Source of the DNA: an uncultured Candidatus Rokubacteria bacterium | GTDB lineage: Bacteria; Methylomirabilota; Methylomirabilia; Rokubacteriales; CSP1-6 | Direction: 5' to 3' | Assembly: GCA_963789955.1 (NCBI GenBank) | Contig: CAWBMV010000034.1 | Coordinates: 1,210,590-1,274,589 of the forward strand | Length of the DNA stretch: 64,000 bases | Part shown: piece after piece, positions 31,538-42,188 of the stretch | Numbering within the stretch: the stretch's first letter is position 1 | How the letters are laid out: every line of letters begins with the position of its first letter | Position numbers and translations under genes: made by a program | Notes under the pieces: model-generated | Databases searched by the model: none | What the model saw: the letters and a program-made list of their open reading frames with translations, nothing else | What the model was told of the DNA's origin: nothing

Positions 31538-32734
31538 ATGACAGAGCCCCGCCGCCCGCTCGAAGGAATCCGAGTGCTCGAGCTCGCCCAGGTCGTCGCC
31601 GGTCCGTTCTGCGGCGCACTGATGGCCGAGTTCGGCGCCGAGGTGATCAAGACCGAGATGCCCGGCCGGGGCGACGACCTCCGGCGCCTCGGCCCGACCG
31701 AGGACGGCTGCACGTACTGGTTCGCGGTCGACAACCGGAACAAGAAGCTCATGACGCTCGATCTGCATCTGCTGAAGGGGCAGGACATCGTTCGGCGGCT
31801 GGTCTCGCACTGCGACGTGGTCCTCGAGAACTTCCGCCCGGGTGTCCTGGAGCGCTGGGGCCTCGGCTGGGAGTCGCTGCACGCGATCAATCCGCGTCTC
31901 GTGATGGCGCGCATCACCGCGTTCGGCCAGACCGGCCCACTGAACCAGGGCCCGGGCTACGCGGCGATCGGCTCGGCGTTCGGCGGCACGTGGTACGTGA
32001 ACGGGCCCGCCGATCGGCCTCCGTCGCGTCCCACGCCCGTGTATCCCGACTACATGACGGGGCTCTTCACCGCGTTCGGCGTGATGGCCGCGCTCCGCCA
32101 TCGCGACGCCACCGGCGAGGGGCAGTGGATCGACGCCGCGCTCTACGAGTCGGCCTTCCGCGTGATGGAATTCACGGCGACTCTCTACGGCCGGCAGGGC
32201 GTCGTCCGTGAGCGCGGTGGTCTGCAGCATGCGGGCTGGCCGGGCGGGGCGTTCGAGACGCAGGACGGCAAGTGGATCGTGTTCACGGCGCCGGCGCAGC
32301 ATCTGTTCGAGCGCCTCTGCGCGATGATCGGCGAGCCCGAGCTGCCGCGCGACCCGCGCTTCGCGTCGGCCGCCGCGCGGCCCGCGAACATCCCGGTCAT
32401 CCTCGATCTGATGACGAAGTGGTTCGCGGCGCGCCCGTTCGAGAAGGCGCTGGCCGAGCTCAAGAGCGCCGACATCCCGCACTCGCCGATCATGAGCATG
32501 GCCGACATCTTCGCCGATCCGCACTATCGCGCGCGCCAGATGATCGTCGACGTGCCGGTCGAGGGGCTCGGCGCGCTGCCTCAGCCGGGCGTGGTCCCCA
32601 AGCTCTCGCTGACCCCGGGACGCGTCACGCACGCGGGTGGAGCGCTCGGGAGCCACACCGACGAGATCCTCTCGCGGCTGCTCGGTATGAGCGGCGACGA
32701 GATCGCTCAGCTGCGCGCCGACCGCGTCGTCTAG
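31538..32734 (+). CDS. Family III CoA transferase (CaiB/BaiF)
   Basis: PLEGIRVLE, NRNKK, DVVLENFRPG and LGSHTDEIL motifs. Confidence 0.93.
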   Translation: MTEPRRPLEGIRVLELAQVVAGPFCGALMAEFGAEVIKTEMPGRGDDLRRLGPTEDGCTYWFAVDNRNKKLMTLDLHLLKGQDIVRRLVSHCDVVLENFRPGVLERWGLGWESLHAINPRLVMARITAFGQTGPLNQGPGYAAIGSAFGGTWYVNGPADRPPSRPTPVYPDYMTGLFTAFGVMAALRHRDATGEGQWIDAALYESAFRVMEFTATLYGRQGVVRERGGLQHAGWPGGAFETQDGKWIVFTAPAQHLFERLCAMIGEPELPRDPRFASAAARPANIPVILDLMTKWFAARPFEKALAELKSADIPHSPIMSMADIFADPHYRARQMIVDVPVEGLGALPQPGVVPKLSLTPGRVTHAGGALGSHTDEILSRLLGMSGDEIAQLRADRVV

Positions 32735-32773
32735 CCTCGCGCCGCGGTCGTCGGCCGTGCCGCGCCACCGGAA

Positions 32774-32824
32774 TCGCCCGAAGCCGGGCGGGTGGCACCG
32801 GCGCCACCCGCCCGGCCCGGGCGA
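32774..32824. terminator. Strong GC hairpin between convergent genes
   Basis: Perfect 14-bp stem GCCGGGCGGGTGGC / GCCACCCGCCCGGC plus outer TCGCCCG/CGGGCGA; no U-tract. Confidence 0.5.
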
Positions 32825-33001
32825 AGTCGGTCCAACAACAATCCGGGTCAGCTCAACCCGATGTCTCCTTCATCGTCCTTTGTGATCGCGATCGTCGGCG
32901 ATCGTCGGCGAGCGCGGGCGAGGCCGAATTACGGAATCGAGACGTGTCCTTCGCAATTCGATTGCGAAACTTCTGCGGATCGTACGGCTGCCGGCCGCGA
33001 G

Positions 33002-34249
33002 CTATGAGAGGGCCGGCCGCCGGCGGACGAGCGTAGCGCCCAGCGGCCCGAGCACCAGCGCCGCGCCCACGGTGTTGAGGATCGTGAACCCCCACACGCC
33101 CAGGATCATGCCGCCGGCGGCCGAGCCGCACGCGCCCATCATGCCCATGAACAGATCGGCGAGGCCTTGAGTCGACGCGCGCTCGGCCGGCGAGAGCGCG
33201 TCGGTCAGGAGCGCGCTACCCGCCACGAAGGCGAAGTTCCAGCCGACACCGTTGAGGAACAGCCCTAGGATGATCAGCGTGCGATCGCTGCCCGGCGCCA
33301 GCCCCGCGAGCAGCACGGCGCCGATCAGGACGAGCGCGCCGACGACGATCATCGGAAGCCGGCCCAGGCGGTCGCAGAGCCACCCTGAGAGCGGTGAGGC
33401 GATGTACATGCCGCCCAGGTGAAGCCCCACCGCCACGCCGATCGTCTGCACGCCGTGCCCCTGGTCGTGCAGGTAGACCGGCGAGGTGGAGGTGGTGCTG
33501 ATCATGACGAACTGGCTGATCGTCAGCGTGGCCAGCGCCAGCTGCACGCGGACGTCGGCCAGGATCTCACCGAGGGCTCGCGCCGGCTGCGCCGCGCCGC
33601 CGCGCGAGAAGGCCTCGTCAAGCTGGCGCGCGATTGCCAGCGGATCGGGGCGCAGGAAAAGCTCGACGAGCAGCGCGGCCACCGTGTAGCCCGCGACGCT
33701 GATCAGGAACGCGCTGGCCGACGGCGCGATGCCGAGCGAGCCGGCGAGACGGAGCGCCGGCTCCATCAGGTTCGGCCCCAGGATCGACCCCGCGCTCGAG
33801 CCCCAGACGATGAGGCCCATCGCCCGGCCGCGCTGAGCGCCCGGGCTCACGTCGGCGGCGGCGTAGCGCGCGAGCAGGTTCGAGGTCTGCGAGATCCCGA
33901 ACAGCGCCATCCCCACGAGCAGCAGCGCGAAGCTTCCGACCGTGACGCCGACCATGCCGACGATCGCGCCGAGCACGGCGAGCCCGTAGCCGAGCGCCAG
34001 ACCCGGGCGGCGTCCCCGGCGCTCCATGAACCGCGAGAGCGGCCAGCTGGCGAGCGCCGTTCCGAGCGCGCCGACGGCGACCGGCATGCCCGACCACGTG
34101 TTCGTGCCGGTGATGCCCGCGGCCATGATGCCGCCGATCGCCATGCCGATCGAGTGGCCGGTGCTCCCGCAGACCTGCGCGGCGAACAAGGTGATCATCA
34201 ACCGGCCGCGACTCGGCGTCGTACGAGGCGTCGTGGCCAGCGTGCTCAT
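33002..34249 (-). CDS. MFS transporter
   Basis: About 12 TM helices; ERRGRRPG, GWLCDRLGR and GWNFAFVAGS motifs. Confidence 0.9.
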   Translation of the reverse strand: MSTLATTPRTTPSRGRLMITLFAAQVCGSTGHSIGMAIGGIMAAGITGTNTWSGMPVAVGALGTALASWPLSRFMERRGRRPGLALGYGLAVLGAIVGMVGVTVGSFALLLVGMALFGISQTSNLLARYAAADVSPGAQRGRAMGLIVWGSSAGSILGPNLMEPALRLAGSLGIAPSASAFLISVAGYTVAALLVELFLRPDPLAIARQLDEAFSRGGAAQPARALGEILADVRVQLALATLTISQFVMISTTSTSPVYLHDQGHGVQTIGVAVGLHLGGMYIASPLSGWLCDRLGRLPMIVVGALVLIGAVLLAGLAPGSDRTLIILGLFLNGVGWNFAFVAGSALLTDALSPAERASTQGLADLFMGMMGACGSAAGGMILGVWGFTILNTVGAALVLGPLGATLVRRRPALS

Positions 34250-34393
34250 CGACTCGTCAGTGTAGGGGGGCGATTGGAACCGGTAAACGGCCAATCGATC
34301 GAAATCGACGAAATCATTGGCTCGATATCCGGAACCTCCACGCTTGTCACTTGACGCGGGACGGCCGCGAGGCTACACGTGATCGGGATTCGC

Positions 34394-34774
34394 ATGATGG
34401 TGACCTTGGTGAGCTTCGACATCGACGGGACGCTGGAGGTCGGCGATCCGCCGGGCATCGTGTCCATCGCGCTGGTGCAGACGGCCAGGCACCTGGGCTA
34501 TCTCATCGGAAGCTGCTCGGACCGGCCGATCAGCCACCAGCGAAGCCTGTGGGAGCGGCTGCGGATTCCCGTCGACTTCACGGTGCTCAAGCACGAGCTG
34601 GCGACCGTCAAGATGCGCTTCGAGGCCGCGGCGTACTACCACATCGGCGACACCGACGTCGACCACTACTACGCGACCGGCGCGGGCTTCAGATTCCTCA
34701 AGGCCGACGCTTCCGAGCGGCGGCTCTGGCCGGTCGAGCTCTTCGCCGACCCTCCCGGGCGAGCGCACTCGTGA
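34394..34774 (+). CDS. Small HAD-family hydrolase
   Basis: SFDIDGTL motif I and HIGDTDVD motif IV. Confidence 0.8.
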   Translation: MMVTLVSFDIDGTLEVGDPPGIVSIALVQTARHLGYLIGSCSDRPISHQRSLWERLRIPVDFTVLKHELATVKMRFEAAAYYHIGDTDVDHYYATGAGFRFLKADASERRLWPVELFADPPGRAHS

Positions 34775-35920
34775 TCGCAACCCCGCCGGCGCGGCAATCC
34801 GCGCTCGCGGTCGCGCTGGCCGGCCTCGTCGCGCTCGCGGTGGCCATCGGCATCGGCCGCTTCGCGTTCACGCCGATCCTGCCGATGATGCAAGAAGACG
34901 CGGGCGTCTCGATCGCCACGGGCGGCTGGCTCGCGTCGGCGAACTACGTCGGCTACCTGGCGGGCGCGCTCTCGGTGATCTGGTGGCGGATCGGCGCGGC
35001 GACGGGCATCCGCGCCGGACTCGCCGCCATCGGGGTCACGACGCTCGCGATGGGACTGGCGCCGCACCTTGCCGTGTGGCTCGTCCTGCGCGCGCTGGCC
35101 GGAGTCGCGAGCGCCTGGGTGCTCATCTACGTGTCGGCGTGGTGTCTCGAGCGCCTCGCCTCGCTCGGTCGGCCGGCGCTGGGCAACACGGTCTATGCGG
35201 GCGTCGGCACCGGGATCGCGCTGGCCGGCGCACTCTGTCTGGCGCTCATGCGCACCGGCGCCGGCTCGGCGCGCGCCTGGATCGTGCTGGGCGCTCTCTC
35301 GCTCGTGCTCACGACCGGTATCTGGGCCGTCTTCGGAGTCCGGGCCGAAGCGGCGGCGCCGGGCGAGCGATCGGCCGCGCGCGGGATGGTCTGGGATCGC
35401 GAATCGCTGCGGCTGGTGCTCTGCTACGGCGCGTTCGGCTTCGGCTACATCATCCCGGCGACGTTCTTGCCGGTCATGGCCAAGCAGGTGATCCGCGAGC
35501 CGGCGATCTTCGGCTGGTCCTGGCCGGTCTTCGGCGCGGCGGCGATGAGCTCGACGCTCGCCACCGCCATGCTTCGGAGCTTCATCGACCACCCGCCGTC
35601 TCTGGATCGTGAGCCATCTGGTCATGGCGGTCGGCGTCGCGCTGCCGGTCGTCTGGTCGGGCGTCGTGCCGATCATGCTCGCCGCGCTCTTCGTCGGCGG
35701 CACCTTCATGGTGACCACCATGACCGGCATGCAGGAGGCGCGGAGCGTCGGGGGCGCGCACGCCACGGGCCTGATGGCGGCGTTGACCTCGGCCTTCGCC
35801 CTGGGACAGATCGCCGGGCCGATCAGCGTGAGCCTCGTCGTCGGCGCCGGCGGGAGCTTCGCGGCGGCCCTCGTCCTGGCCTGCCTGGCGCTCGTCGTCA
35901 GCGCCTACGCGCTGACCTGA
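34771..35920 (+). CDS. YbfB/YjiJ-family MFS transporter (frameshift near 35590)
   Basis: GIGRFAFTPILP, GWLASANYVGY, GFGYIIPATFLP and FALGQIAGP motifs. Confidence 0.88.
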
Positions 35921-35957
35921 TCCCGCGCTTCGATCGCCGTCGGCGAGCGCCCCGTGC

Positions 35958-36280
35958 TCAGCGCGGGAGCGTCACCCGCGGCGCGCCGGGCACGATCGCC
36001 AGGTGGATCGGGTTCACGCCGGGCACGTGCCCGGCGAGCGCGTGGATCGCGTCCTCGGCCTGCTCGAGCGGGAACGAGAGCGTGTGCATCTTGTCGAACG
36101 GATAGTGCCCCGACTCGATCAGCTCGATCGCGCGGAACGTCTCGTCTCGTAGTCGCTGCCGCAGATACCGCACGCCTCGATGCGCAGCAGCGCGTCGTCG
36201 AGCCCGATCGCGGGCCGCGCGAACTCGCGGGCTTCGAGGGTCCTGGGCTTGACGAGGACGGCCGCCCGTACCGTCGCCAT
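35958..36280 (-). pseudogene. Zn-dependent alcohol dehydrogenase with the central part deleted
   Basis: N-terminus MATVRAAVLVKP...EACGICGSD joined directly to C-terminus ETFRAIELI...HLAIVP. Confidence 0.75.
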
Positions 36281-36292
36281 GGTCGAATGCGC

Positions 36293-36676
36293 CTACTTGA
36301 TGTCCAGGAGCGCGCTCAGCCCACGATGAAACGTCGGGGCGCCTCCGGGGACCATGCACGTCTCCAGCACCTCGAACAGCTCCTCGCGCGTCGCGCCGAA
36401 CCGCATCGCGCGCTCCATGTGCGCGACCAGGGCGGCCTTCTCGGATCCGCGGAACGCCAGGAGCGCGATGGCGATGAACTCGCGCACCTTGGCCGACACG
36501 TGCTGGCCGTCGCCGAGCCCGAGCTCGTAGATCCGGTTGTAGGCCTCGACGAAGTCCGGATCCTGGCGCGCCGCGAACTCCCACTCCGGATAGATGTAGC
36601 CGCGCGCCTTCTTCATGCGCGCGATCAGCGCCTCGGCGCGCTCGGCCCGATCCTTGTCCACCGCGTTCTGGGGCAT
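36293..36676 (-). CDS. Carboxymuconolactone decarboxylase family protein
   Basis: KVREFIAIALL and HMERAMRFGATREE motifs; GGAG RBS. Confidence 0.8.
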   Translation of the reverse strand: MPQNAVDKDRAERAEALIARMKKARGYIYPEWEFAARQDPDFVEAYNRIYELGLGDGQHVSAKVREFIAIALLAFRGSEKAALVAHMERAMRFGATREELFEVLETCMVPGGAPTFHRGLSALLDIK

Positions 36677-36692
36677 CGCTCTCCTCCGGGCG

Positions 36693-37755
36693 CTATCGTA
36701 CCTTGCCGCGCGCCGCGACCGGCCAGGTGACCTCGACCACGCCGTTCCGGACGCCGTAGACCTCGTCGACCATGTTGGTGACGACGCAGCAGTGGTTCGG
36801 GACGACGTGGACGATGTCGCCGACCCTCGGCCGCGCCCCGCACGCGGAGAGAGTCGACGGTGGCGTGCTCTTCCGAGAGGCCCGTCACCGCCGCCTCGGG
36901 ATATTCCATCAGGTGTCCGTAGCCCGTCATGAAGTAGAGGTCTGACGTCAGGACCTTCGAGCCGGCGTCGAGGATCGCGCGTGTCGGCGTCGGTCGGCTC
37001 ACGACGGTGGCCCGTACGCGCATCGCGCAGTTGTCCCAGGTGGCGGTGCCGGTCGAGACGACCATCGCGTCGTTGTAGACGCACGTGCCGGCGCGATGCT
37101 CGGTGAGCATCGGGAAGTTCTGCGCGGTGAAGAGCGCGGGCGTACCGCCCCCGGAGACCACCGGCACCGGAATCCCCGCCTGCTTGAAGAGTCCCAGCGC
37201 ACGCTCGAAGAAATCGCGCGTGTTCGGGTCGCGATTGGGGAAGGTCATGAGCCCTTCGAAGTGCATGCGAGGACGGCGCATGACCGTGCGGGCCAGGTCG
37301 AACGCCTCGTCCGGCGTCTGTACCCCGGTGCGGCCGAACCCCGTGTCGCACTCGACGAGAAATCGCACGTCGGCCCCGGCGTGCGCCGCGGCGTCGGACA
37401 GCTCGCGCGCGACGACGTCGTTGTCGAGGACCACGGTGAGGCGGCGCACGCGCTTCACTAGCGCCATGAGCCGGTCGGTCTTCTGGCGGCCGAGGATGTT
37501 GTAGGTCAGGAGCACGTCGTCGCTGACGCCGGCGTCGACGAACACCTCGACCTCGCCGAGCTTCTGGCACGTGATGCCGATGGCCCCGGCTTCCATCTGC
37601 ATCCGTCCGATCGCCGGGATCTTGTGCGTCTTGATGTGCGGCCGATTGCCGATGGAGTGCCGCGCGAGATGCGCCTGAACGCGGCGGATGTTGTCGCGCA
37701 TGATGTCGAGGTCGACGGTGACGACCGGCGTGTCGAGGTCGGCGACTGAGGTCAT
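36693..37755 (-). CDS. D-threonine aldolase/DSD1-like PLP enzyme (frameshift near 36850)
   Basis: LDTP, RPHIKTHK (PLP Lys), SGGGTP, DAGSK and LSEEH; VPNHCC in the shifted frame. Confidence 0.88.
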
Positions 37756-37907
37756 GGAGTCCTTTCGGTCACCTCCGTGGCGGGAATAGTGCGCTCGCTG
37801 GTGTCTGAAGACAAGGTTGGCGGCCCCCGGTCGCGCGCGATCATGGAGGTGATGCGAATACCGCAACCGCGAGACGCATCACACAGAACGTGCGAGATTC
37901 GCAGGGC

Positions 37908-37935
37908 TTGACATAGGTCAACACATGTTTAGTAT
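37908..37935 (+). promoter_or_regulatory. Sigma-70-like promoter overlapping a TTGAC-N4-GTCAA palindrome
   Basis: TTGACA-N16-TAGTAT; palindrome at 37908-37921. Confidence 0.45.
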
Positions 37936-37959
37936 TCAGTCGTGGGGGAGGTGTCTCCG

Positions 37960-38250
37960 ATGAACCCGGTAGAGCGTGTGCTGCACCAGGAGCTGACAGG
38001 ACTCCTCGATCGCCTCGCGACGTCGGTCCCCGAAGGCGGCTTCGAGAAGATTCGCGCCACCAGCCCGACATTGAAGACACGGCTCGACGACGCCGACGCG
38101 AAGCTGGCGGCCGTGCGTGAATCGCTGCTCGATAGCTACGGCCGGTGGCGTCGGGCGCTGGAGGATCTCGAGAATCTCTGGGCGCTGGCCGCCTGGCGGT
38201 CAACCGCCGCCGAAGAGTCGACCGAGCAGTCCGCGGCGCTCGCCGCCTGA
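37960..38250 (+). CDS. Hypothetical coiled-coil protein
   Basis: GGAGG RBS; coding-like composition. Confidence 0.6.
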   Translation: MNPVERVLHQELTGLLDRLATSVPEGGFEKIRATSPTLKTRLDDADAKLAAVRESLLDSYGRWRRALEDLENLWALAAWRSTAAEESTEQSAALAA

Positions 38251-38667
38251 TTCGACGTGCTCCGCGTAGACCGTGCGCGCTGACTCGAATCGCTGCCAGT
38301 AGTCGGGCAGCTCGCGCGCCAGCACGACGTGCACGCTGAGGAGCCGCTGCGTCTCGTCGCCCGGCACGCGCTCGGCGGCGGCGACCTTCTCGCGCTGTTG
38401 CTCGTTGAGCGTCGGCACGATCGCGCTGCGGAGCTCGGCGAGGAACGCGTGCACGCTCTGCGTGAACTCTTCGCGGTCGCGCGTGCTGTCGGCGCTCGGC
38501 GCCGGAAGCGAGAGCGCTTGTCGCCGTTTCACGAGCGCCTCGAGACAGACGAAGTCCACCGCCTCCTCGAGGCGCTCACGGAGCTGCGCCTCGATGCGCG
38601 TGTTGAGGTCAGCGGGTTGATTCGGGTCGCGACGCAGCGAAGTACCGAAGAACGAGCTGGGTGTCAT
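38200..38667 (-). CDS. Hypothetical protein
   Basis: 155-aa helical ORF ending in amphipathic GLLGRLFGGG. Confidence 0.65.
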   Translation of the reverse strand: MTPSSFFGTSLRRDPNQPADLNTRIEAQLRERLEEAVDFVCLEALVKRRQALSLPAPSADSTRDREEFTQSVHAFLAELRSAIVPTLNEQQREKVAAAERVPGDETQRLLSVHVVLARELPDYWQRFESARTVYAEHVESGGERRGLLGRLFGGG

Positions 38668-38698
38668 AGTCTCGGGCTCACAATGCTAAGATCCTAAA

Positions 38699-41074
38699 GT
38701 GATCGTCGCTCGCGTCGCCGGCGTGATGCTGATTGCGCTCTTCGCGCTTCCCGCGTCCGCCTTCGCTCCGCCCCGCGACGTTTCCGGCACGCTCGATTTT
38801 TCCGGAATCGACGAAGCCGCCAACGAGGCTGTCTCGAGCGGCGAGCTCCCCGGCGTCGTGGTGCTGGTCGGCCGCGGGGACGACGTCCTGCTCCATCGCG
38901 CGTACGGATCGCGCCGCCTGCTTCCGCACCCGGTCCCGATGACGGTCGACACCATCTTCGACCTCGCGTCCCTCACGAAGCCCTTCGGGACGACGCTCGC
39001 GGTCATGAGTCTGGTCGAGAAGGGGTCGATCAAGCTCGACGCTCCCCTCGGACGATACCTCAAGGAGTTTCGGGGCAAGCAGTACGACGAGATCACGATC
39101 CAGAGACTCCTGACTCACAGCGCCGGGCTCGCCGCCTATCCCCCGAATAGCGTGGTCTCGTCGGGCTTTCCGAGCGCCGCGAGCGCCATCGCCAAAATGC
39201 CGCTCGATTATCCACCCGGCTCGGCGTTCCAGTACAGCGACACCGGGTTCATCCTGCTGGCCGAGGCCGTCCGGCGGGTCAGCGGCACGCCGCTCGACCG
39301 TTACCTCGAGCGTATCGTCTTCAAGCCGCTCGGGCTGGCCGACACGAGCTTCCATCCCAAGGTGAGCGCGCTGCCCCGCGTGGCGCCGACGGAATTTGTC
39401 AACGGGGTCCTTCTCCGGGGCGAGGTGCACGACCAGCGCGCCCGCCTGCTGGGCGGGGTGGCCGGCCACGCCGGGCTGTTCTCGACTAGCGCCGACCTCG
39501 CCCGGATCATCAGGATGCTGCTCAACCACGGTTCGCTCGACGGCCAGCGCGTGTTCGATCCGGCCACAGTGAAGGAGATGTGGGAGTCGGCGCCGGACAG
39601 CCATCTTGGCCGCGCACTGGGCTGGGACGTGAGCTCGGCGTTCTCGAAGACGATGGCGCCCTACTTTCCGGTGGGGTCCGTCGGCCATCTCGGGTTCACG
39701 GGCACCGCGGTCTGGATCGATCCGAAGACCCGAAGCTACCTGATCGTCCTGTCCAATCGCGTCCACCCCTACGGCGGAGGTGCCTCGCGCATCCGGGATC
39801 TCCGGATTCGCGTCGCGGCGGCTGCCGGGGCTCAGCTCTTCCAGCCGCCTGTCGTCGCCGATCCGGGGCCCATCAGCGGGCCCGCCGCCGACGGGCCGCC
39901 TCCCGAGATGGGGCCGCTCCCGGGTGAGCCGTCGTTGCCCCAGGAGCGAGTGCTCACGGGGCTCGACGTGCTCGCCGATCAGAAGTTCGCCTTGCTCTCG
40001 GGGCACTCGGTCGGTCTGGTCACGAACCAGACCGGAATCGACCTGCGTGGCCGCCGTGCTATCGACCTGATCGCGGCAGCGCCGGGGGTGCGTCTGCAGG
40101 CGATCTTCTCGCCCGAGCACGGCTTGACAGGCGTCTCCAATACCGACGTCCCCCACGGCCGGGATGTCGCCACCGGCCGCCCGATCTGGAGCCTCTACGG
40201 CAGCACCAGGCGGCCGACCTCGGCGATGCTCAAGGACATTACGCTGCTGGTCTTCGACATCCAGGACGTCGGCGCTCGCTACTACACCTACCTCACGACC
40301 CTGGTCTACGTCATGGAGGAGGCCGCGAAGCAGAAGATCCCGGTCCTCGTCCTCGATCGGCCGAATCCGATCAACGGCCGGGTGGTCGAGGGGCCGCTGA
40401 CGGATCCGGATCTGCAGTCGTTCACCGCGCCGCACGCCATTCCGGTTCGCACCGGACTCACGATCGGCGAATTCGCCAAGCTCGCCGCCGCGGAACGGAA
40501 GATCCCGGTCTCGCTCACCGTCGTACCGCTGGTCGGGTGGGATCGTGACCGCTGGTTCGACGAGACCGGGCTACCCTGGGTGAACCCGTCGCCGAACATC
40601 CGGTCGGTCACGCAGGCGCTGCTCTACTCGGGCGTGGGCCTCCTCGAGGCGACGAATCTCTCCGTGGGGCGCGGGACCGACATGCCCTTCGAGGTCATCG
40701 GCGCGCCCTGGATCGAGCCGCGCGGCCTTGCCGACGCGCTCAACCGGCAAGGGCTCCGTGGCGTCAGGTTCGATCCGATCTGGTTCACGCCGACGGCTGA
40801 CGTCTACACCAACATCTCCTGTGGCGGCGTCCGAATGGTGGTCACCGACCGTGAGGCGATCCGACCGGTGACGGTGGCGTTCGCGCTGGCGCGAACCTTA
40901 CGCGAGCGTCATCGTGACCAGTTCAGGCCGGAGAGCATCCAGAACCTTCTGGTGAACCGGTCGACGATGTGGGCTTTCCTCAGGGGCGAGGTTCTCGATC
41001 GGCTCGTCGCCTGGAGCGAAGTCGACCGCAGCAGCTTCTTGAATCGCCGCGCGTCGTACCTCATGTACCGCTAA
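38699..41074 (+). CDS. Serine hydrolase (beta-lactamase/AmiE-like) fused to NamZ/DUF1343 exo-beta-N-acetylmuramidase
   Basis: FDLASLTK (SxxK), YSD and GHLGFTG, then GLVTNQTG, FSPEHG and FDIQDVGARYYTY. Confidence 0.9.
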   Translation: MIVARVAGVMLIALFALPASAFAPPRDVSGTLDFSGIDEAANEAVSSGELPGVVVLVGRGDDVLLHRAYGSRRLLPHPVPMTVDTIFDLASLTKPFGTTLAVMSLVEKGSIKLDAPLGRYLKEFRGKQYDEITIQRLLTHSAGLAAYPPNSVVSSGFPSAASAIAKMPLDYPPGSAFQYSDTGFILLAEAVRRVSGTPLDRYLERIVFKPLGLADTSFHPKVSALPRVAPTEFVNGVLLRGEVHDQRARLLGGVAGHAGLFSTSADLARIIRMLLNHGSLDGQRVFDPATVKEMWESAPDSHLGRALGWDVSSAFSKTMAPYFPVGSVGHLGFTGTAVWIDPKTRSYLIVLSNRVHPYGGGASRIRDLRIRVAAAAGAQLFQPPVVADPGPISGPAADGPPPEMGPLPGEPSLPQERVLTGLDVLADQKFALLSGHSVGLVTNQTGIDLRGRRAIDLIAAAPGVRLQAIFSPEHGLTGVSNTDVPHGRDVATGRPIWSLYGSTRRPTSAMLKDITLLVFDIQDVGARYYTYLTTLVYVMEEAAKQKIPVLVLDRPNPINGRVVEGPLTDPDLQSFTAPHAIPVRTGLTIGEFAKLAAAERKIPVSLTVVPLVGWDRDRWFDETGLPWVNPSPNIRSVTQALLYSGVGLLEATNLSVGRGTDMPFEVIGAPWIEPRGLADALNRQGLRGVRFDPIWFTPTADVYTNISCGGVRMVVTDREAIRPVTVAFALARTLRERHRDQFRPESIQNLLVNRSTMWAFLRGEVLDRLVAWSEVDRSSFLNRRASYLMYR

Positions 41075-41231
41075 GTAATAGCACAGCAGGTCCCAGCGGC
41101 GCGAGCCCGCGCCACCGCCGGAATCCCGTCGGGTCAGCGCCCGATCTGGCACTCTCCGGGTGCAGCCGAAGAAGGGTCGTAACGCCGCGCACGCCGTCCG
41201 GGTGACGGTCATGCCTGCTTGAGGCGTCGCC

Positions 41232-42188
41232 TCAGCGCACGACGACCTTTGGGGCTCGAAACTCGTCGCGCAGCTGGTCGCGCTTGGCCGTGGGCACGGT
41301 GACGGAGTTCGGGTCGCCGTCGCTCACGAATCGCTCGAGAGGGTTCTTGTCGAAGTAGTTGAGCCAGTAGACCAGGTCGCGCTCGACCGCCTGGATGCGT
41401 GGGAGGCGGACCGGATCGAACGCGCGCGAATACGGCGAGGGCGCGGCGCCGCCGGCGACCATCAGCACGGCGTCGTGGTTATAGGTGGTGCCCTTGGCCG
41501 AGCCGTGCAACACCCAGCTCACGTCGGGCGGATACACGCCGTGCGGCAGCGCGAGGGTGCGCGTCTTGTACTCGGGGACGTGCTTCTGGATCCACACCTG
41601 CGCGTCGGCAACCTGCGCGCGCACCGTCGCCTCGGGGTATTTGGCGAGGTTCGCGTGCCAGAGCGTGTGGTTGCCGATCTCGTAGCCGTGGCTCGCCAGG
41701 AACTGCAGCTTCTTGCCCTCGTAAGCGGGCTGGTTGAAGAGCCGGTTGGGCGGGCTCGCGCCGGGCAGGACATAGAAGGTGCCGCCCCGGCCGAAATCCG
41801 GATGCTCGTGGAAGAACGCCTCGAGGATGCCCACGGCACACTTGGGGTCGATCTCGAGGGCGCCGTTCTTTTCGAGGTAGCGGAACTGGCCGGGAGAGGA
41901 ATCATCGAAGGTCAGCACGACCGGCGTCGTTCCGGCGGGCAGCGCGATGCGCCGGTCGAGGAGATCGCCCATGTTGATCACGCGGTAGCCCTTGGCGTAG
42001 AGCGTCTCGAGGTCGCGCCGGAAGTTCTCGGGCGTCCGGGTCCAGCGCTCTTCGGGGTAGTCGATCTTGTGGTACTCGAGGATCATGACGCGCCCGAGCT
42101 CGTTGGGAGCGAGTTGACCGGCGCCGGCGAACGAGACAAACAATAGAGCCGCGGTCAGGATCAATGAAAGTACGAGCAAAAGTTTCAC
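41232..42188 (-). CDS. Polysaccharide deacetylase family protein
   Basis: Signal peptide; ILEYH, LTFDD and EIGNHTLWH motifs. Confidence 0.88.
   Translation of the reverse strand: MKLLLVLSLILTAALLFVSFAGAGQLAPNELGRVMILEYHKIDYPEERWTRTPENFRRDLETLYAKGYRVINMGDLLDRRIALPAGTTPVVLTFDDSSPGQFRYLEKNGALEIDPKCAVGILEAFFHEHPDFGRGGTFYVLPGASPPNRLFNQPAYEGKKLQFLASHGYEIGNHTLWHANLAKYPEATVRAQVADAQVWIQKHVPEYKTRTLALPHGVYPPDVSWVLHGSAKGTTYNHDAVLMVAGGAAPSPYSRAFDPVRLPRIQAVERDLVYWLNYFDKNPLERFVSDGDPNSVTVPTAKRDQLRDEFRAPKVVVR

Noticed and set aside
41075..41231. Riboswitch or ncRNA in a GC-rich intergenic gap
   Set aside because: It lies between convergent 3' ends and no known consensus was recognised; an Rfam search would be needed.
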